A stretch of 64,000 nt of DNA from an uncultured Actinomycetota bacterium (GCA_963811825.1 CAWESS010000007.1:30262-94261), one strand, 5' to 3'. Positions 1 through 10,912 are shown, numbered from the stretch's first letter. Notes: a model not told the origin generated them from the sequence alone. Program-made: numbers and translations.

Positions 1-1640
1 TCACGCGCAGCGGCCGGCTGCAGACCGAGACCCCGGCGTGGCTCGAGGGCACCGACCGGCGAGGGCCTCTACGCCGAGCAGCTCGCCGGCAAGACCCCGT
101 TCGGTGCGCGAGCGGCGCTCGTCGACGCCCTGCGGGCCTCGGGAGACCTCGACGGCGAGCCGACTCCGACCCAGCGCATGGCGAACTTCTACGAGCGCGG
201 CGAGAAGCCGCTCGAGATCGTCACCTCCCGCCAGTGGTACATCAGGAACGGCGGCCGCGACGCCGAGCTCAACGCCGCCCTGATCGCGCGCGGCGAGGAG
301 ATCGACTTCCACCCCGCGTTCATGCGCAGCCGCTACGCGAACTGGGTCGAGCGGCCTCAACGGCGACTGGCTCGTCTCCCGCCAGCGCTTCTTCGGCGTG
401 CCGATCCCGGTCTGGTACCCGCTCGACGCCGACGGCGAGGCCATCTACGACACCCCGATCGTCCCCGAGGAGTCAGCCCTCCCGGTCGACCCGGCGGCCA
501 ACCCTCCGGTCGGCTACACCGAGGACCAGCGCGGCGTGCCCGGTGGCTTCGTCGGCGACCCCGACGTCCTCGACACGTGGGCCACCTCCTCGCTCAGCCC
601 CCAGATCGCGGGTGGGTGGCGCAACGCCGACGGCACCGGGACCGACCCCCTGTTCGAGAAGGTCTTCCCGATGGACGTGCGCCCGCAGGGCCACGACATC
701 ATCCGCACGTGGCTGTTCTCCACCGTCGTGCGCGCCCACTTCGAGCACGGCACCGTGCCGTGGACCGACGCCGCGATCAGCGGCTGGATCCTCGACCCCG
801 ACCGCAAGAAGATGGCCAAGTCGCGCGGCAACGTCGTCACCCCTGAGGACGTCCTCAAGGAGCACAGCGCGGATGCCGTGCGCTACTGGGCGGCCAGCGG
901 TCGCCTCGGCACGGACGCGGCCTACGACACGGGCCAGATCAAGGTCGGCCGCCGCCTGGCCATCAAGGTGCTCAACGCGAGCAAGTTCGCGCTGTCGTTC
1001 GGGTCGGTGGACGGGGACCTCGCCTCTCAGGTCACCGAGCCGATCGACCTGTCGCTGCTCGCCGGCCTGCGCGAGGTCGTCGCCAAGGCCACGGCGGGCT
1101 ACGAGGCCTGGGACTTCACCCGCGCCCTCGAGGTGACCGAGCAGTGGTTCTGGTCGTTCTGCGACGACTACCTCGAGCTCGTCAAGGACCGCGCCTACGG
1201 CGCGCAGGGTGAGCGAGGCCGCGGCATCCGCCCGTGCGACGCTGCGCATCGCGCTCGACGTCGTGCTGCGCCTGTTCGCCCCGATCCTCCCCTACGTCAC
1301 CGAGGAGGTCTGGTCGTGGACCCACGACGGCTCGGTGCACCGCACCACGTGGCCGACCGTCGACGAGGTGCCGGCCGGGGGCGACCCCGCGGTGCTCGGG
1401 TCCGTCGGCGCGGCCCTGGCCGTCGTGCGCAAGGCGAAGTCCGAGGCGAAGGTCGGCATGCGCGCCGAGGTGCCGTCGATGACCCTCGTCGGGCCGGATG
1501 CCGTGCTCGCTCACGTGCGCAGCGCCGAAGGTGACCTCCGCGCGGCCGGCAAGCTCACCGGCATCCTCGAGTTCGCTGACGGCGACGAGGTGTCGGCGCG
1601 GGACATCGAGCTCGTGGCAGTCGCCAAGCCCACCGCCTGA
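1..1640 (+). CDS. valS: Valyl-tRNA ligase, C-terminal part (start outside window; frameshifts near 350 and 1215)
   Basis: Joined frames give SRQWYI..DWLVSRQRFFGVPIPVWY, DTWATSS, QGHDIIRTWLF and KMAKSRGNV (KMSKS-like), followed by an anticodon-binding domain. Confidence 0.95.
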
Positions 1641-1649
1641 GCAACACTC

Positions 1650-1728
1650 GCGACCTCTTGCGATCCACCCACCCCGCTGGCCCGGATCCGGACCGCTTCA
1701 GGTGGGCGGATCGCACAGTCAGGTCGCG
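1650..1728. terminator. Long imperfect inverted repeat between convergent valS and the peptidase-like gene
   Basis: cgcgacctcttgcgatccacccacc (1650-1674) pairs with ggtgggcggatcgcacagtcaggtcgcg (1701-1728). Confidence 0.6.
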
Positions 1729-1730
1729 GG

Positions 1731-2410
1731 TCAGGCGGGGGCGGCACCGGGAGCCACGGCGTACGAGGCGTGCCGCACGGAGCGCAACCCGTTGGGCCGC
1801 ACCGACGATCCACGGCACGTCCCACCCGCTGAGCCCGAGCCTGCCCTCGACGACGGCGTCTCGCCGCAGGTGGCTGACCCGCCCGGTGCCGGGGTCGTAC
1901 ACGTCGAGCATCCGGTCGCCGTCACCCGGCAGCACGAGGACGACGTGGCGCGGCATCGCGGCGTTGCCCACGTAGAGCAACCGCGGGCTCCCCCTCCGCG
2001 ACGACGTCGACGAGGGTGTCGAAGGACCCGATGAGGTCGCCGCGCGAGTCGGTGCGCAGGACGTCGACGGTGTAGAGCGTGCCTCGCCGGGCGGCGCCGT
2101 ACTCCAGCTCGCGTCGGGCCCCCCACGGCGGCGTCCCGAAGCGCCGGGGCCAGGGGACGTTGAGGCGACGGCCCCCGGGGAGCAGGCTGTTGGTGCGCTG
2201 CATGACGATGCGTTCGTACGCCGCGAAGCGCTCACCCGGGGTTGACCCTTCCGGTGAGCCCGGTGGGTTGGGGATGCCGGTGCGCACCCAGGACGCGAAC
2301 TGGGGATCCACGTGCATGCGGGCCACCGTGAGGCACGCAGACCCGCACGTCACCGGGGACTGTTGCACGGGTCCGGTGTCACCGGCGCGCAGACGATAGG
2401 CCATGACCAC
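1731..2410 (-). CDS. Hypothetical protein, standalone C39/papain-like cysteine peptidase (apparent frameshifts near 1982 and 1804)
   Basis: QQSPVTCGSACL at the N-terminus; the corrected frame gives PRHVVLV and LDVYDP, a Cys-His-Asp arrangement. Confidence 0.6.
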
Positions 2411-2452
2411 GACCCCATCGTGTCCGCGAACGAGCGTTCGCGCCAGTTCCGG

Positions 2453-3547
2453 TCAGCTCGACGCGCGCTCGATGAGGTCGACCCGCTGGACGATCCCCCG
2501 GCCGTCGGTTGCGTTCGGGACGTCAGCCCCGCCGGACACACCGTCCACTGCTGCCGACTGACCGGCATCCGACGGTGCATCGCCCACCGGGTGGCCCAGC
2601 TGGCGGAGCAGGAGCCGGGCCATGAGGCGACCCTGGGTCTCGGTGCGCTGGCGCACCGTCGTCAGGCTCGGCTCGGACAGGCGCGCCAGGTCGATGTCGT
2701 CGAAGCCCACGATCGCGACGTCCTCCGGCACCCGACGACCGAGCCGGCGGATGACGCTCATCGCGCCCAGCGCCATCAGGTCGGACGCCACGAAGATGCC
2801 GTCGATGTCCGGCGCCCGGTCGAGGAGCCGAGCCGCCGCCTGCTCCCCCGACCGTGTCGTGAAGTTGCCGAACTCGACGCGAGCCTTGCGGAAGTCGCGC
2901 CCCATGCCCTGGCGGAAGCCCTCGAGCCGGTCGTGCCCGGCAGACATGTCCTCGGGCCCGGCGATCGTGGCGATGCGACGACGACCGCGCAGCCGCAGGT
3001 GCCGTGCGGCCAGCCGGCCGCCCTCGACGTTGTCGTTGTCGACGTAGGGGACCTCGACCCTCGGGTCGAGCGGGCGGCCCCCGATGACGACGGGGATGCC
3101 GCTCTCGACCAGCTTCTCGGCGAGCCGGTGCCCACCGTGTTCGGAGATCAGCAGCACGCCGTCGGTGTGCCCCCCGGACAGGTAGCGCGACAGCGAGGAG
3201 ACCTGGTCGTCCGACTGGGTCATCGACAGGGACAGCTGAACCCCGGCGTGGGTGAGCTCGTGGCTGACGCCGCGCACGATCTGGGCGAAGAACGGGTCAC
3301 CGAAGACCCGGTCGTCGCTCTCGGCCGCGACGAGGGTGACGATGTCCGAGCGCCGGGTCATCAGCGCACGGGCAGCAGCGTTCGGCACGTAGTCGAGGTC
3401 GTCGACGGCCCGGTTGACGGCCTCGCGCAACGCAGGGTCCACCGAGAGGGAACCGTTGACGACCCGGGACACCGTTGCCCGCGACACTCCGGCGTGGCGG
3501 GCCACCTGCTCGAGCGTCGGCCTGCGCCGCCGAGCCGGCGTGGTCAT
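2453..3547 (-). CDS. LacI-family transcriptional regulator
   Basis: PTLEQVARHAGVSRATVSRVVNG HTH, a periplasmic-binding-like domain, and VGFDD...PSLTTVRQ. Confidence 0.95.
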   Translation of the reverse strand: MTTPARRRRPTLEQVARHAGVSRATVSRVVNGSLSVDPALREAVNRAVDDLDYVPNAAARALMTRRSDIVTLVAAESDDRVFGDPFFAQIVRGVSHELTHAGVQLSLSMTQSDDQVSSLSRYLSGGHTDGVLLISEHGGHRLAEKLVESGIPVVIGGRPLDPRVEVPYVDNDNVEGGRLAARHLRLRGRRRIATIAGPEDMSAGHDRLEGFRQGMGRDFRKARVEFGNFTTRSGEQAAARLLDRAPDIDGIFVASDLMALGAMSVIRRLGRRVPEDVAIVGFDDIDLARLSEPSLTTVRQRTETQGRLMARLLLRQLGHPVGDAPSDAGQSAAVDGVSGGADVPNATDGRGIVQRVDLIERASS

Positions 3548-3548
3548 C

Positions 3549-4835
3549 TCAGGCAGAACGCTTTCGGGGGGCGCGCTTGCGGCCGGGGTCGTCGGTGTGG
3601 CGCACGATCGTGGGGAGAACGTTCTTGCCCACGACCTCGCTCGTGATGACGACCTTGGCGATCTCGTCGTCGCTCGGCACGTCGAACATCGTGGGGAGCA
3701 GGACCTCCTCCATGATCGCGCGCAGTCCCCGAGCGCCGGTGCCGCGAGCCAGCGCCTGGTCGGCCACTGCCGCGACGGCATCCTCGGTGAACTCGAGCAC
3801 GACCCCGTCGATCTCGAACATCTTCTGGTACTGCTTGATGAGGGCGTTGCGGGGCTCGGTGAGGATCCGCACGAGCGCGTCGTTGTCGAGCGGCGCCACG
3901 GTGGTGATGACCGGCACCCGGCCGATGAACTCGGGGATGAGCCCGAACTTCATGAGGTCCTCGGGCATGACCTCGTGGATGCTCTGCGCGAGGTCCTTCG
4001 GGGTGTGCAGCTCGGAGCCGAAGCCCAGGCCCTTCTTGCCGTTGCGCGACTCGATGAGCTTCTCGAGCCCGGCGAACGCCCCACCCACGATGAACAGGAC
4101 GTTCGTCGTGTCGATCTGGATGAACTCCTGGTGGGGGTGCTTGCGACCACCCTGCGGCGGCACCGACGCGGTCGTGCCCTCGAGGATCTTCAGCAGGGCC
4201 TGCTGCACCCCTTCGCCGGAGACGTCCCGGGTGATGCTCGGGTTCTCGGACTTGCGGGCGATCTTGTCGACCTCGTCGATGTAGATGATGCCCGTCTCGG
4301 CCTTCTTGACGTCGTAGTCGGCGGCCTGGATGAGCTTGAGGAGGATGTTCTCGACGTCCTCACCGACGTAGCCGGCCTCGGTCAGGGCCGTCGCGTCGGC
4401 GATGGCGAACGGGACGTTGAGCATCTTGGCCAGCGTCTGTGCCAGGTAGGTCTTGCCGCAGCCGGTGGGGCCGATGAGCAGGATGTTCGACTTGGAGATG
4501 TCGACGTGGTCGGGGTCCTTCTTGCCCAGCGCCGACTCGCCCGCCTGGATGCGCTTGTAGTGGTTGTAGACCGCCACGGCCAGGGCCTTCTTCGCGACGT
4601 CCTGGCCGATGACGTACTGCTCGAGGAAGTCGAAGATCTCGCGGGGCTTGGGCAGGTCGTCGAGCCCGAGCTCGCTGGACTCCGCCAGCTCTTCCTCGAT
4701 GATCTCGTTGCACAGGTCGATGCACTCGTCACAGATGTAGACGCCCGGCCCCGCGATGAGCTTCTTGACCTGCTTCTGGGACTTGCCGCAGAAGGAACAC
4801 TTCAGCAGGTCACCCGACTCTCCGACACGTGCCAC
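3549..4835 (-). CDS. clpX: ATP-dependent Clp protease ATP-binding subunit ClpX
   Basis: Zn finger [26 protein letters not shown], Walker [23 protein letters not shown]. Confidence 0.99.
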   Translation of the reverse strand: MARVGESGDLLKCSFCGKSQKQVKKLIAGPGVYICDECIDLCNEIIEEELAESSELGLDDLPKPREIFDFLEQYVIGQDVAKKALAVAVYNHYKRIQAGESALGKKDPDHVDISKSNILLIGPTGCGKTYLAQTLAKMLNVPFAIADATALTEAGYVGEDVENILLKLIQAADYDVKKAETGIIYIDEVDKIARKSENPSITRDVSGEGVQQALLKILEGTTASVPPQGGRKHPHQEFIQIDTTNVLFIVGGAFAGLEKLIESRNGKKGLGFGSELHTPKDLAQSIHEVMPEDLMKFGLIPEFIGRVPVITTVAPLDNDALVRILTEPRNALIKQYQKMFEIDGVVLEFTEDAVAAVADQALARGTGARGLRAIMEEVLLPTMFDVPSDDEIAKVVITSEVVGKNVLPTIVRHTDDPGRKRAPRKRSA

Positions 4836-4936
4836 GAATGGACCCTTCCTTCTGCTGGTGACGACGGGCCCGACGCTACCCGCCGGGGCCGACCACTGCA
4901 CCCATTGAAACCCCCACGCGCCGCGCGAGTCTGTCC

Positions 4937-4954
4937 TTTCCGCTGTCAGCGCAA
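4937..4954. promoter_or_regulatory. ClgR-like box upstream of clpX
   Basis: tttcCGCtgtcaGCGcaa matches the CGC-N5-GCG core of actinobacterial ClgR operators. Confidence 0.45.
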
Positions 4955-4979
4955 CCTGCTCAGGGTGCGTTCCCACACA

Positions 4980-5019
4980 CGGATGCCGTCCGCTCACGGT
5001 GAGCGGACGGCATCCGGGG
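4980..5019. repeat. REP-like palindrome, copy 1
   Basis: Perfect 17-bp arms cggatgccgtccgctca / tgagcggacggcatccg, a 3-nt loop and a G tail; near-identical copy at 41791. Confidence 0.9.
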
Positions 5020-5052
5020 CGTGGGTCGAGAACCCGCCAGGCTGCGTCGTTC

Positions 5053-5697
5053 TCAGACGGTGTTCTTGCGCGAGGCGAGCACCTCGTCGATGAGGCCGTA
5101 CTCCTTGGCCGCGGCGGCCGACAGGATCTTGTCGCGCTCGATGTCCTTGCGGACGAGCTCGACGTCGCGGCCCGCGTGGTGGGCGATGGTGTCCTCGAGC
5201 CACCCGCGCATGCGGATGATCTCGTTGGCCTGGATCTCGAGGTCGGAGGCCATGCCGCCGGTGCCCTCGATGGCCGGCTGGTGGATGAGCACCCGGGCGT
5301 TCGGCAGGGCGAACCGCTTGCCCTTGGCGCCCGCACCGAGCAGCACCGCGGCCGCCGAGGCGGCCTGCCCGATGACGAACGTCTGCACGTCGGGGCGGAT
5401 GTACTGCATCGTGTCGTAGATCGCGGTCATCGCCGTGAACGAGCCACCGGGGCTGTTGATGTACATGAGGATGTCGCGGTCGGGGTCCTGGGACTCCAGC
5501 ACGATGAGCTGGGCGATGACGTCGTCGGCAGAGGCGTCGTCGACCTGCACGCCGAGGAAGATGATGCGGTCCTCGAAGAGCTTGGTGTAGGGGTCGAGGC
5601 GCTTCATGCCGTAGGAGGTGCGCTCCTCGAACTGCGGCAGGATGTAGCGGCTGGAGGGGCCGGGCACGTGGAGGCGGCTGGTCAGGTGTGCGTTCAT
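5053..5697 (-). CDS. clpP2: Clp protease proteolytic subunit ClpP2
   Basis: [35 protein letters not shown]; downstream of clpP1. Confidence 0.97.
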   Translation of the reverse strand: MNAHLTSRLHVPGPSSRYILPQFEERTSYGMKRLDPYTKLFEDRIIFLGVQVDDASADDVIAQLIVLESQDPDRDILMYINSPGGSFTAMTAIYDTMQYIRPDVQTFVIGQAASAAAVLLGAGAKGKRFALPNARVLIHQPAIEGTGGMASDLEIQANEIIRMRGWLEDTIAHHAGRDVELVRKDIERDKILSAAAAKEYGLIDEVLASRKNTV

Positions 5698-5726
5698 GTC
5701 TGTTCCTCGCGTCGTCTCGGCCGTGG

Positions 5727-6350
5727 TCAGGGGGTCACGGGGTTGTCGACCCCGGGACCAGCCATGGTCGCCTTGGTGATGACCTGGTCGACGAAGCCGT
5801 ACTCCTTGGCCTCCTCGGCGGTGAACCACCGGTCGCGGTCGGAGTCCATCTCGATCTGGTCGATGCTCTGCCCCGTGTGCCGGGCGATGAGCTCGGCCAT
5901 CTGCTTCTTGATGTGCAGCAGCTGCTCGGCCTGGATCTTGATGTCGGATGCCGTGCCGCCGATGCCGCCGCTGGGCTGGTGCATCATGACCCGCGCGTGC
6001 GGGGTGGCGTAGCGCTTGCCCGGCTCGCCGGCCGACAGCAGGAACTGGCCCATGGAGGCGGCCATGCCCATCGCCACGGTCGCGACGTCGTTGGGGATCC
6101 ACTGCATGACGTCGAAGATCGCCATGCCCGCGGTGACGGAGCCACCCGGGGAGTTGATGTAGAGCCAGATGTCCTTGGTGGGGTCCTCGGCGGCGAGCAG
6201 GAGCATCTGGGCACAGATCGCGTTCGCGTTGTCGTCGCGCACGTCGGACCCGAGGAAGATGATCCGCTCCTTGAGGAGACGGTTGTAGATGTGGTCGTCC
6301 AGCCCGGCCTGGGGGCCCGGGCCGGCGGCGACGATCTCGGTGCTGGTCAC
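5727..6350 (-). CDS. clpP1: Clp protease proteolytic subunit ClpP1
   Basis: [46 protein letters not shown]. Confidence 0.97.
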   Translation of the reverse strand: MTSTEIVAAGPGPQAGLDDHIYNRLLKERIIFLGSDVRDDNANAICAQMLLLAAEDPTKDIWLYINSPGGSVTAGMAIFDVMQWIPNDVATVAMGMAASMGQFLLSAGEPGKRYATPHARVMMHQPSGGIGGTASDIKIQAEQLLHIKKQMAELIARHTGQSIDQIEMDSDRDRWFTAEEAKEYGFVDQVITKATMAGPGVDNPVTP

Positions 6351-6393
6351 GCTGGAGTCGCTCCTCGTCAGATCGGGTGCTGCTTGTCAGTGA

Positions 6394-6453
6394 CCCTAAC
6401 GCCGGACCTCGGCGCCGCACTCCCCGGTCCGCCTCGTGTTCGCCGTGAGCACA
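6394..6453 (-). promoter_or_regulatory. clpP1 promoter: -10 TAGGGT (6394-6399) and ClgR-like box GTTCGC-N5-GCA (6438-6451)
   Basis: Resembles the Streptomyces ClgR consensus GTTCGC-5N-GCG with one mismatch, at an activator-like distance from the -10. Confidence 0.55.
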
Positions 6454-6476
6454 ACGCCGGATGCCGGGCACGCCCG

Positions 6477-6507
6477 TGGGGGCGGAGCCTTCGGCTCCGC
6501 CCCCACG
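6477..6507. terminator. Perfect GC-rich hairpin downstream of the SHOCT gene
   Basis: gtgggggcggagcc-ttc-ggctccgcccccac, followed by three tandem tggtgcg. Confidence 0.7.
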
Positions 6508-6534
6508 GGTGGATGGTGCGTGGTGCGTGGTGCG

Positions 6535-6933
6535 TCAGGCGAGCGCCTTGGCCTTGAGGGCCTCGAACTCGCTCTGCGTGATCGCGCCGGAGTCGAGGAG
6601 GGACTTGGCGCCAGAGATCTGGTCGGCAGGTGACGTCGCGCTGCTGGCCGCGACCTCCTTGATGTACTTCTCCTGCTGGACCTGTGCATTGGCGATGGCC
6701 CGCATCTGGCGCTCACCCATGCTCTTGCCACGGGCAATGAGGTAGATCAGCGCACCGAGCCACGGCACGAAGATCATCAGGGCCGCCCAACCCGCCTTGC
6801 CCCAGCCGCTCAGCGTGGAGTCGCTGAACAGGTCGAAGATGCACCGGAACCAGATCATGATCGCGGAGATCCAGATGAAGATCCAGAAGCTCCAGACGAG
6901 GATCTCCCAGAAGTTGTTCGGGCTTGTGTCCAT
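6535..6933 (-). CDS. Small membrane protein with PLDc_N-like TM hairpin and C-terminal SHOCT domain
   Basis: FDLFSD..LSGWGKAGW...PWLGALIYLIARG; ADQISGAKSLLDSGAITQSEFEALKAKAL. Confidence 0.85.
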   Translation of the reverse strand: MDTSPNNFWEILVWSFWIFIWISAIMIWFRCIFDLFSDSTLSGWGKAGWAALMIFVPWLGALIYLIARGKSMGERQMRAIANAQVQQEKYIKEVAASSATSPADQISGAKSLLDSGAITQSEFEALKAKALA

Positions 6934-7057
6934 GGACGAAGTGCCTTTCGAAGAGTTGGTGTGTGGCCCTTCGGCCACAGTCGGCGCGGGCCAACCGACC
7001 TAGTGTTTCATCGTTGACGAAGAAACAATAAACCGGCTCCCCCGTTTGGGGTGACGG

Positions 7058-8269
7058 TCAGGTAACGGTGCGTGCCGGCTCGCGCACGGCGGGCACCACC
7101 GACAGCGCCAGCAGCGCGAGGAGCCCGACGACGACGAGCGAGCGCAGCACGCCCACACTGTCGCCGAGCAGGCCGAGCACCGGCGGGCCGGCGATGAAGG
7201 CGAGGTAGCCGATGGTCGCGACGACCGACATCCGCGCCGCTGCTCGGGCGGGGTCGTCGGCCGAGGCGCTCATTCCCACGGGGAAGCCGAGCGCCGCGCC
7301 GACGCCCCAGACGGCCGTGCCGATGAAGGCGAGCCAGGCGCTGCCGAAGATCACCATGGCCGCACCCACCGCCGCCAGGGCGAAGCTGACGCGCAGCACC
7401 GGCACCCGACCGTGGCGGTCGAGCAGTCGGGTGCCCACGAGGCGCCCGACGGTCATCGCCGTGAGGAAGGTCGCGAACGCCAGCACGCCGGCCCAGGCAG
7501 GAACGCCGTGGCCCTCGACGAAGGCGACGGCGAGCCAGTCGTTGGCCGTGCCCTCGGTGAACGCCGCCGCGAAGACGACGACACCGATGAGCAGGGTGCG
7601 CGGCTCGAGCCAGGCAGAACGGTGGCGCCCGCGGTCAGCCCGGGCCTGCTCGTGGTGCTCGGCGGTGCGCGGCAGGAAGCGCGGCAGCGCCCACCACGAG
7701 AGGAGGGCCGTCACGACGGCGGCGCCGATGAAGTGGACCGTGAGGGGGACGCCGGCCCACGACATGCCCGCGCCGATGAGCGCCGAGCCCACCGTGCCGC
7801 CACTGAACGCCGCGTGGAAGTGCGGCATGACCGAGGTGCCGAGGTTCCGCTCGACGTCGGCCCCCTCGAGGTTCATCGAGACGTCCCACACACCCACGCC
7901 GAGCCCGACGAAGAACAGCCCGGCAGCCACCGCCGCGCGCGGGCCCTGGGCGTCGACGACCACGCCCACGGCGAGGAGCCCGGCAAGCGCGACCGCGGTT
8001 CCCAGCGCAACGGCCCGGGTCGCCCCGATCCGCTGTGAGATCCGACCGGCCAGCGGCAGCCCGGTCACCGAGCCCACACTCGCCGCGAACAGGGTCATGC
8101 CCAGCTCGCCGGCGCTCAGCCCGAGGGCCTCCTTGGTGTCGGCGATGCGCGACGCCCAGGAGGCGAACACCAGACCGGCGAGGGCGAACGTCACGAAGAC
8201 GGCGGTCCTCGCCGTGACCACGCGCTCACGATCGATGTGCTGCGTGGTGGGGGCGGCGTCAGGCATGGC
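7058..8269 (-). CDS. MFS transporter
   Basis: About 12 hydrophobic helices; WASRIAD, MPHFHAAFSGG, EGTANDW. Confidence 0.9.
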   Translation of the reverse strand, partial: AMPDAAPTTQHIDRERVVTARTAVFVTFALAGLVFASWASRIADTKEALGLSAGELGMTLFAASVGSVTGLPLAGRISQRIGATRAVALGTAVALAGLLAVGVVVDAQGPRAAVAAGLFFVGLGVGVWDVSMNLEGADVERNLGTSVMPHFHAAFSGGTVGSALIGAGMSWAGVPLTVHFIGAAVVTALLSWWALPRFLPRTAEHHEQARADRGRHRSAWLEPRTLLIGVVVFAAAFTEGTANDWLAVAFVEGHGVPAWAGVLAFATFLTAMTVGRLVGTRLLDRHGRVPVLRVSFALAAVGAAMVIFGSAWLAFIGTAVWGVGAALGFPVGMSASADDPARAAARMSVVATIGYLAFIAGPPVLGLLGDSVGVLRSLVVVGLLALLALSVVPAVREPARTVT

Positions 8270-8379
8270 GGACAACGGGCTTTCCTTCGGTTCGTGCGGG
8301 TGAGCGGCAGGTCAGTCGGCACGGTGGAGTGCGGAAGTGGTCGCCATAGCCACCACTCCGCACTCAAGCGGGGTCAGGG

Positions 8380-8413
8380 TCGAATCGATTCGATCGAATC
8401 GATTCGATATTGT
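8380..8413. promoter_or_regulatory. Two abutting 14-bp palindromes TCGAATCGATTCGA (likely LacI operators) plus -10 TATTGT
   Basis: Perfect copies at 8380-8393 and 8394-8407; TATTGT at 8408-8413 lies 7 nt before the lacI ATG. Confidence 0.75.
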
Positions 8414-8420
8414 GTCTCGC

Positions 8421-9506
8421 ATGACCCCCACTCGTCAAACCCGATCCACGCGGCGCCGCCCGACGCTGCGTGACGTCGCGCGGCGTGCCGGGGTGTCGAC
8501 GTCGACGGCATCCCTGGTGTTCAGCGGCAAGGGGCCGGTCGCGGAGGCGACCGCCCAGCGGGTGCGCGACGCGGCATCCGAGCTGTCGTACGCCGGCCCC
8601 GACCCGCTCGCGTCGTCGCTGCGCCAGGGGCGGGTGGGCACCGTCGCCGTCGTCGTCGAGGGGCCGCTGCGGCACGCGTTCCACGACCCCTTCGCCCTGG
8701 CCATCCTCGACGGCCTGGCCGAGGAGCTCGATGCCGCCGACCGCTCGATGCTGCTCATCGCCCAGCCGCTCGAGGACCCCGAGCGGGCCGTGGCCCAGCT
8801 GGCCACCCAGGCCGTCGACGCGGCGGTCTTCCCGCTGTGTGGCAACCGCGACAACCCGGTCGTCGACCACCTGCTGGCTCGCGGCGTGCCGCTCATCGGC
8901 AGCGGAGCCCCGGTCCACCCCCAGGTGGCGCACGTGCTCACCGACGAGTTCACCGCCATGACGCTCACGACCCGCCACGTCCTCGAGCTCGGCCACGAAC
9001 GCGTCGCCCACCTCTGCATGATGCTCAGCCCGCACTCCCCCACCGCCCCGGTCACCGAGGACGACGTCACCCACGCGTCCTATCCGGATGCCGTGGGGCG
9101 GCTCGCGGGGTTCCGCTCGCTCGCCGGGGTGGGCGCCCCCGTGGTGCAGGCCCACGACCTCACGGTGGAGGCCGGGGAGGATGCCGCCCGGATCCTGCTC
9201 GACGTCCCTGCGGCGGTGCGGCCGACGGCGATCGTGGCGCAGGCCGACCTGCTCGCCGCCGGCGCCATCCGCGCCGCCGAGGCGCTCGGCCTGCGCGTCC
9301 CCGAGGACCTCACGGTCACCGGGTTCGACGGGGTCGACCTGCCGTGGCTGGACCACGTGCTGACGACGGTCGACCAGCCCGGCGCCGAGAAGGGCCGCCG
9401 CATGGGCCGGTTGGTGCGGCTCGCCCTCGAGGGTCTCGCGGTGTCCGACGAGCCCTACCCCGTGACGCTTCGGGTCGGCACGACGAGCGCCCCGCCCCCG
9501 GCCTGA
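8421..9506 (+). CDS. LacI-family transcriptional regulator, divergent from the MFS gene
   Basis: PTLRDVARRAGVSTSTASLVFSG HTH; LTVTGFDG...LTTVDQP. Confidence 0.95.
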   Translation: MTPTRQTRSTRRRPTLRDVARRAGVSTSTASLVFSGKGPVAEATAQRVRDAASELSYAGPDPLASSLRQGRVGTVAVVVEGPLRHAFHDPFALAILDGLAEELDAADRSMLLIAQPLEDPERAVAQLATQAVDAAVFPLCGNRDNPVVDHLLARGVPLIGSGAPVHPQVAHVLTDEFTAMTLTTRHVLELGHERVAHLCMMLSPHSPTAPVTEDDVTHASYPDAVGRLAGFRSLAGVGAPVVQAHDLTVEAGEDAARILLDVPAAVRPTAIVAQADLLAAGAIRAAEALGLRVPEDLTVTGFDGVDLPWLDHVLTTVDQPGAEKGRRMGRLVRLALEGLAVSDEPYPVTLRVGTTSAPPPA

Positions 9507-9534
9507 GGCCGGGCGGCGGGTCTGCCCGACGGGG

Positions 9535-10912
9535 TCAGGCCTTGTCTGCCTCGTCGGTGACGTCGGCCTCGTCGGTGACGTCGATCTCGTCATCCTCGAT
9601 GTCGTCCTCGTCGCCGATGAGGTCGGCCAGGTCGGTCTCGTCCTGCTGGGGCACGAGCTCGTCGAGGTCGATGGCGGTGCCGGCGGTGTCGGTCACCACG
9701 GCCTGGTCGAGCACGGCGGCCAGTGCCTTGCGGCGGGCGACCTCCTGCACGATCGAGGGGATCTGGCCCTGCTGGTCGATGGTCTGGGCGAACGTGTTCG
9801 GGTCCATGCCGTACTGCTGGGCGCTCATCACGAGGTACTCGATGAGCTCGGGCTGCTCGACGCGGACCTCGAGCTTCTCGGCGATGGCATCGAGCAGGAA
9901 CTGCGCCTTGAGCGCGCGGCGGGTGCTCTCCTGCACCTCGGCGCGGTGCTCGTCGTCGTCGAGGCGGTTCTCACCCTCGAGGTGCTGGTGCACCTCGGCC
10001 TCGACGACGCCCTCGGGCACGGCCACGTCGACGGTCTCGAGGAGGTGCTCGAGCACCTTGTCGCGAGCCTGGATGCCCTGCTCGTACTTCTTGCCCTGCT
10101 CGGCCTGACGGGTGACGTCGGCGCGCAGCTCTTCGAGGGTGTCGAACTCGGACGCCAGCTGGGCGAACTCGTCGTCGAGGGTCGGCAGCTCGCGGACCTT
10201 GACGGCCTGGACGGTGACGGTGCAGTCGGCGTCCTCGCCCTCGCGGTCGCCACCGGCCAGCGGGGCGGTGAAGTCCTTGGAGTCGCCCGCGGACAGGCCG
10301 AGCAGCGCCTCGTCGAGGCCGGGGAGCATGTTGCCGCTGCCGACCTCGTAGGAGACACCGGTGACCGAGTCGATCTCCTCGTCGCCGATGGTGGCGGACC
10401 AGGTCGAGGGAGACGAAGTCGCCGTCCTCGACGGCCCGCTCGACACCCACGAGGGCGCCGAAGCGCTCGCGCAGGGCGGTGAGCCGCTCCTCGATGTCCT
10501 CCTCGGAGGCCTCGACGGTGTCGACCTCGACGGCGATGCCCTCGAGGTCGGGAAGCTCGATCTCGGGGCGCACGTCGGTCTCGACGGTGAAGGTGAAGTC
10601 CTGGCCGTCCTCGAGCGGGACGGCGGTCACGTCGACCTCGGGCTGGCCGATGGCGCGCACGTTCTCGGCCTCGGCGGCCTCGGCGAAGAACCGCGGCAGG
10701 GCCTCGTTGACGGCCTCCTGCACGACGGCGCCGCGCCCGACCCGCTGGTCGATGATGCGGCTCGGGACCTTGCCCTTGCGGAACCCCGGGATCTGCACCT
10801 GCGCACCGATGGTGCGGTAGGCGTCGTCGAGCATCGGCTTGAGCTCCGCGAACGGGACCTCCACGCTGAGCTTGACCCGGGTCGGGCTGATGGTCTCGAC
10901 GGCACTCTTCAC
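9535..10912 (-). CDS. tig: Trigger factor (frameshift near 10400)
   Basis: VKSAVETISPTRVKLSVEVPF, IPGFRKGKVP, FKBP-like domain, LDDEFAQLASEFDTL. Confidence 0.96.

Noticed and set aside
6508-6537. Three tandem tggtgcg as a functional repeat
   Set aside because: A short microsatellite-like tract next to a terminator, with no further evidence of function.
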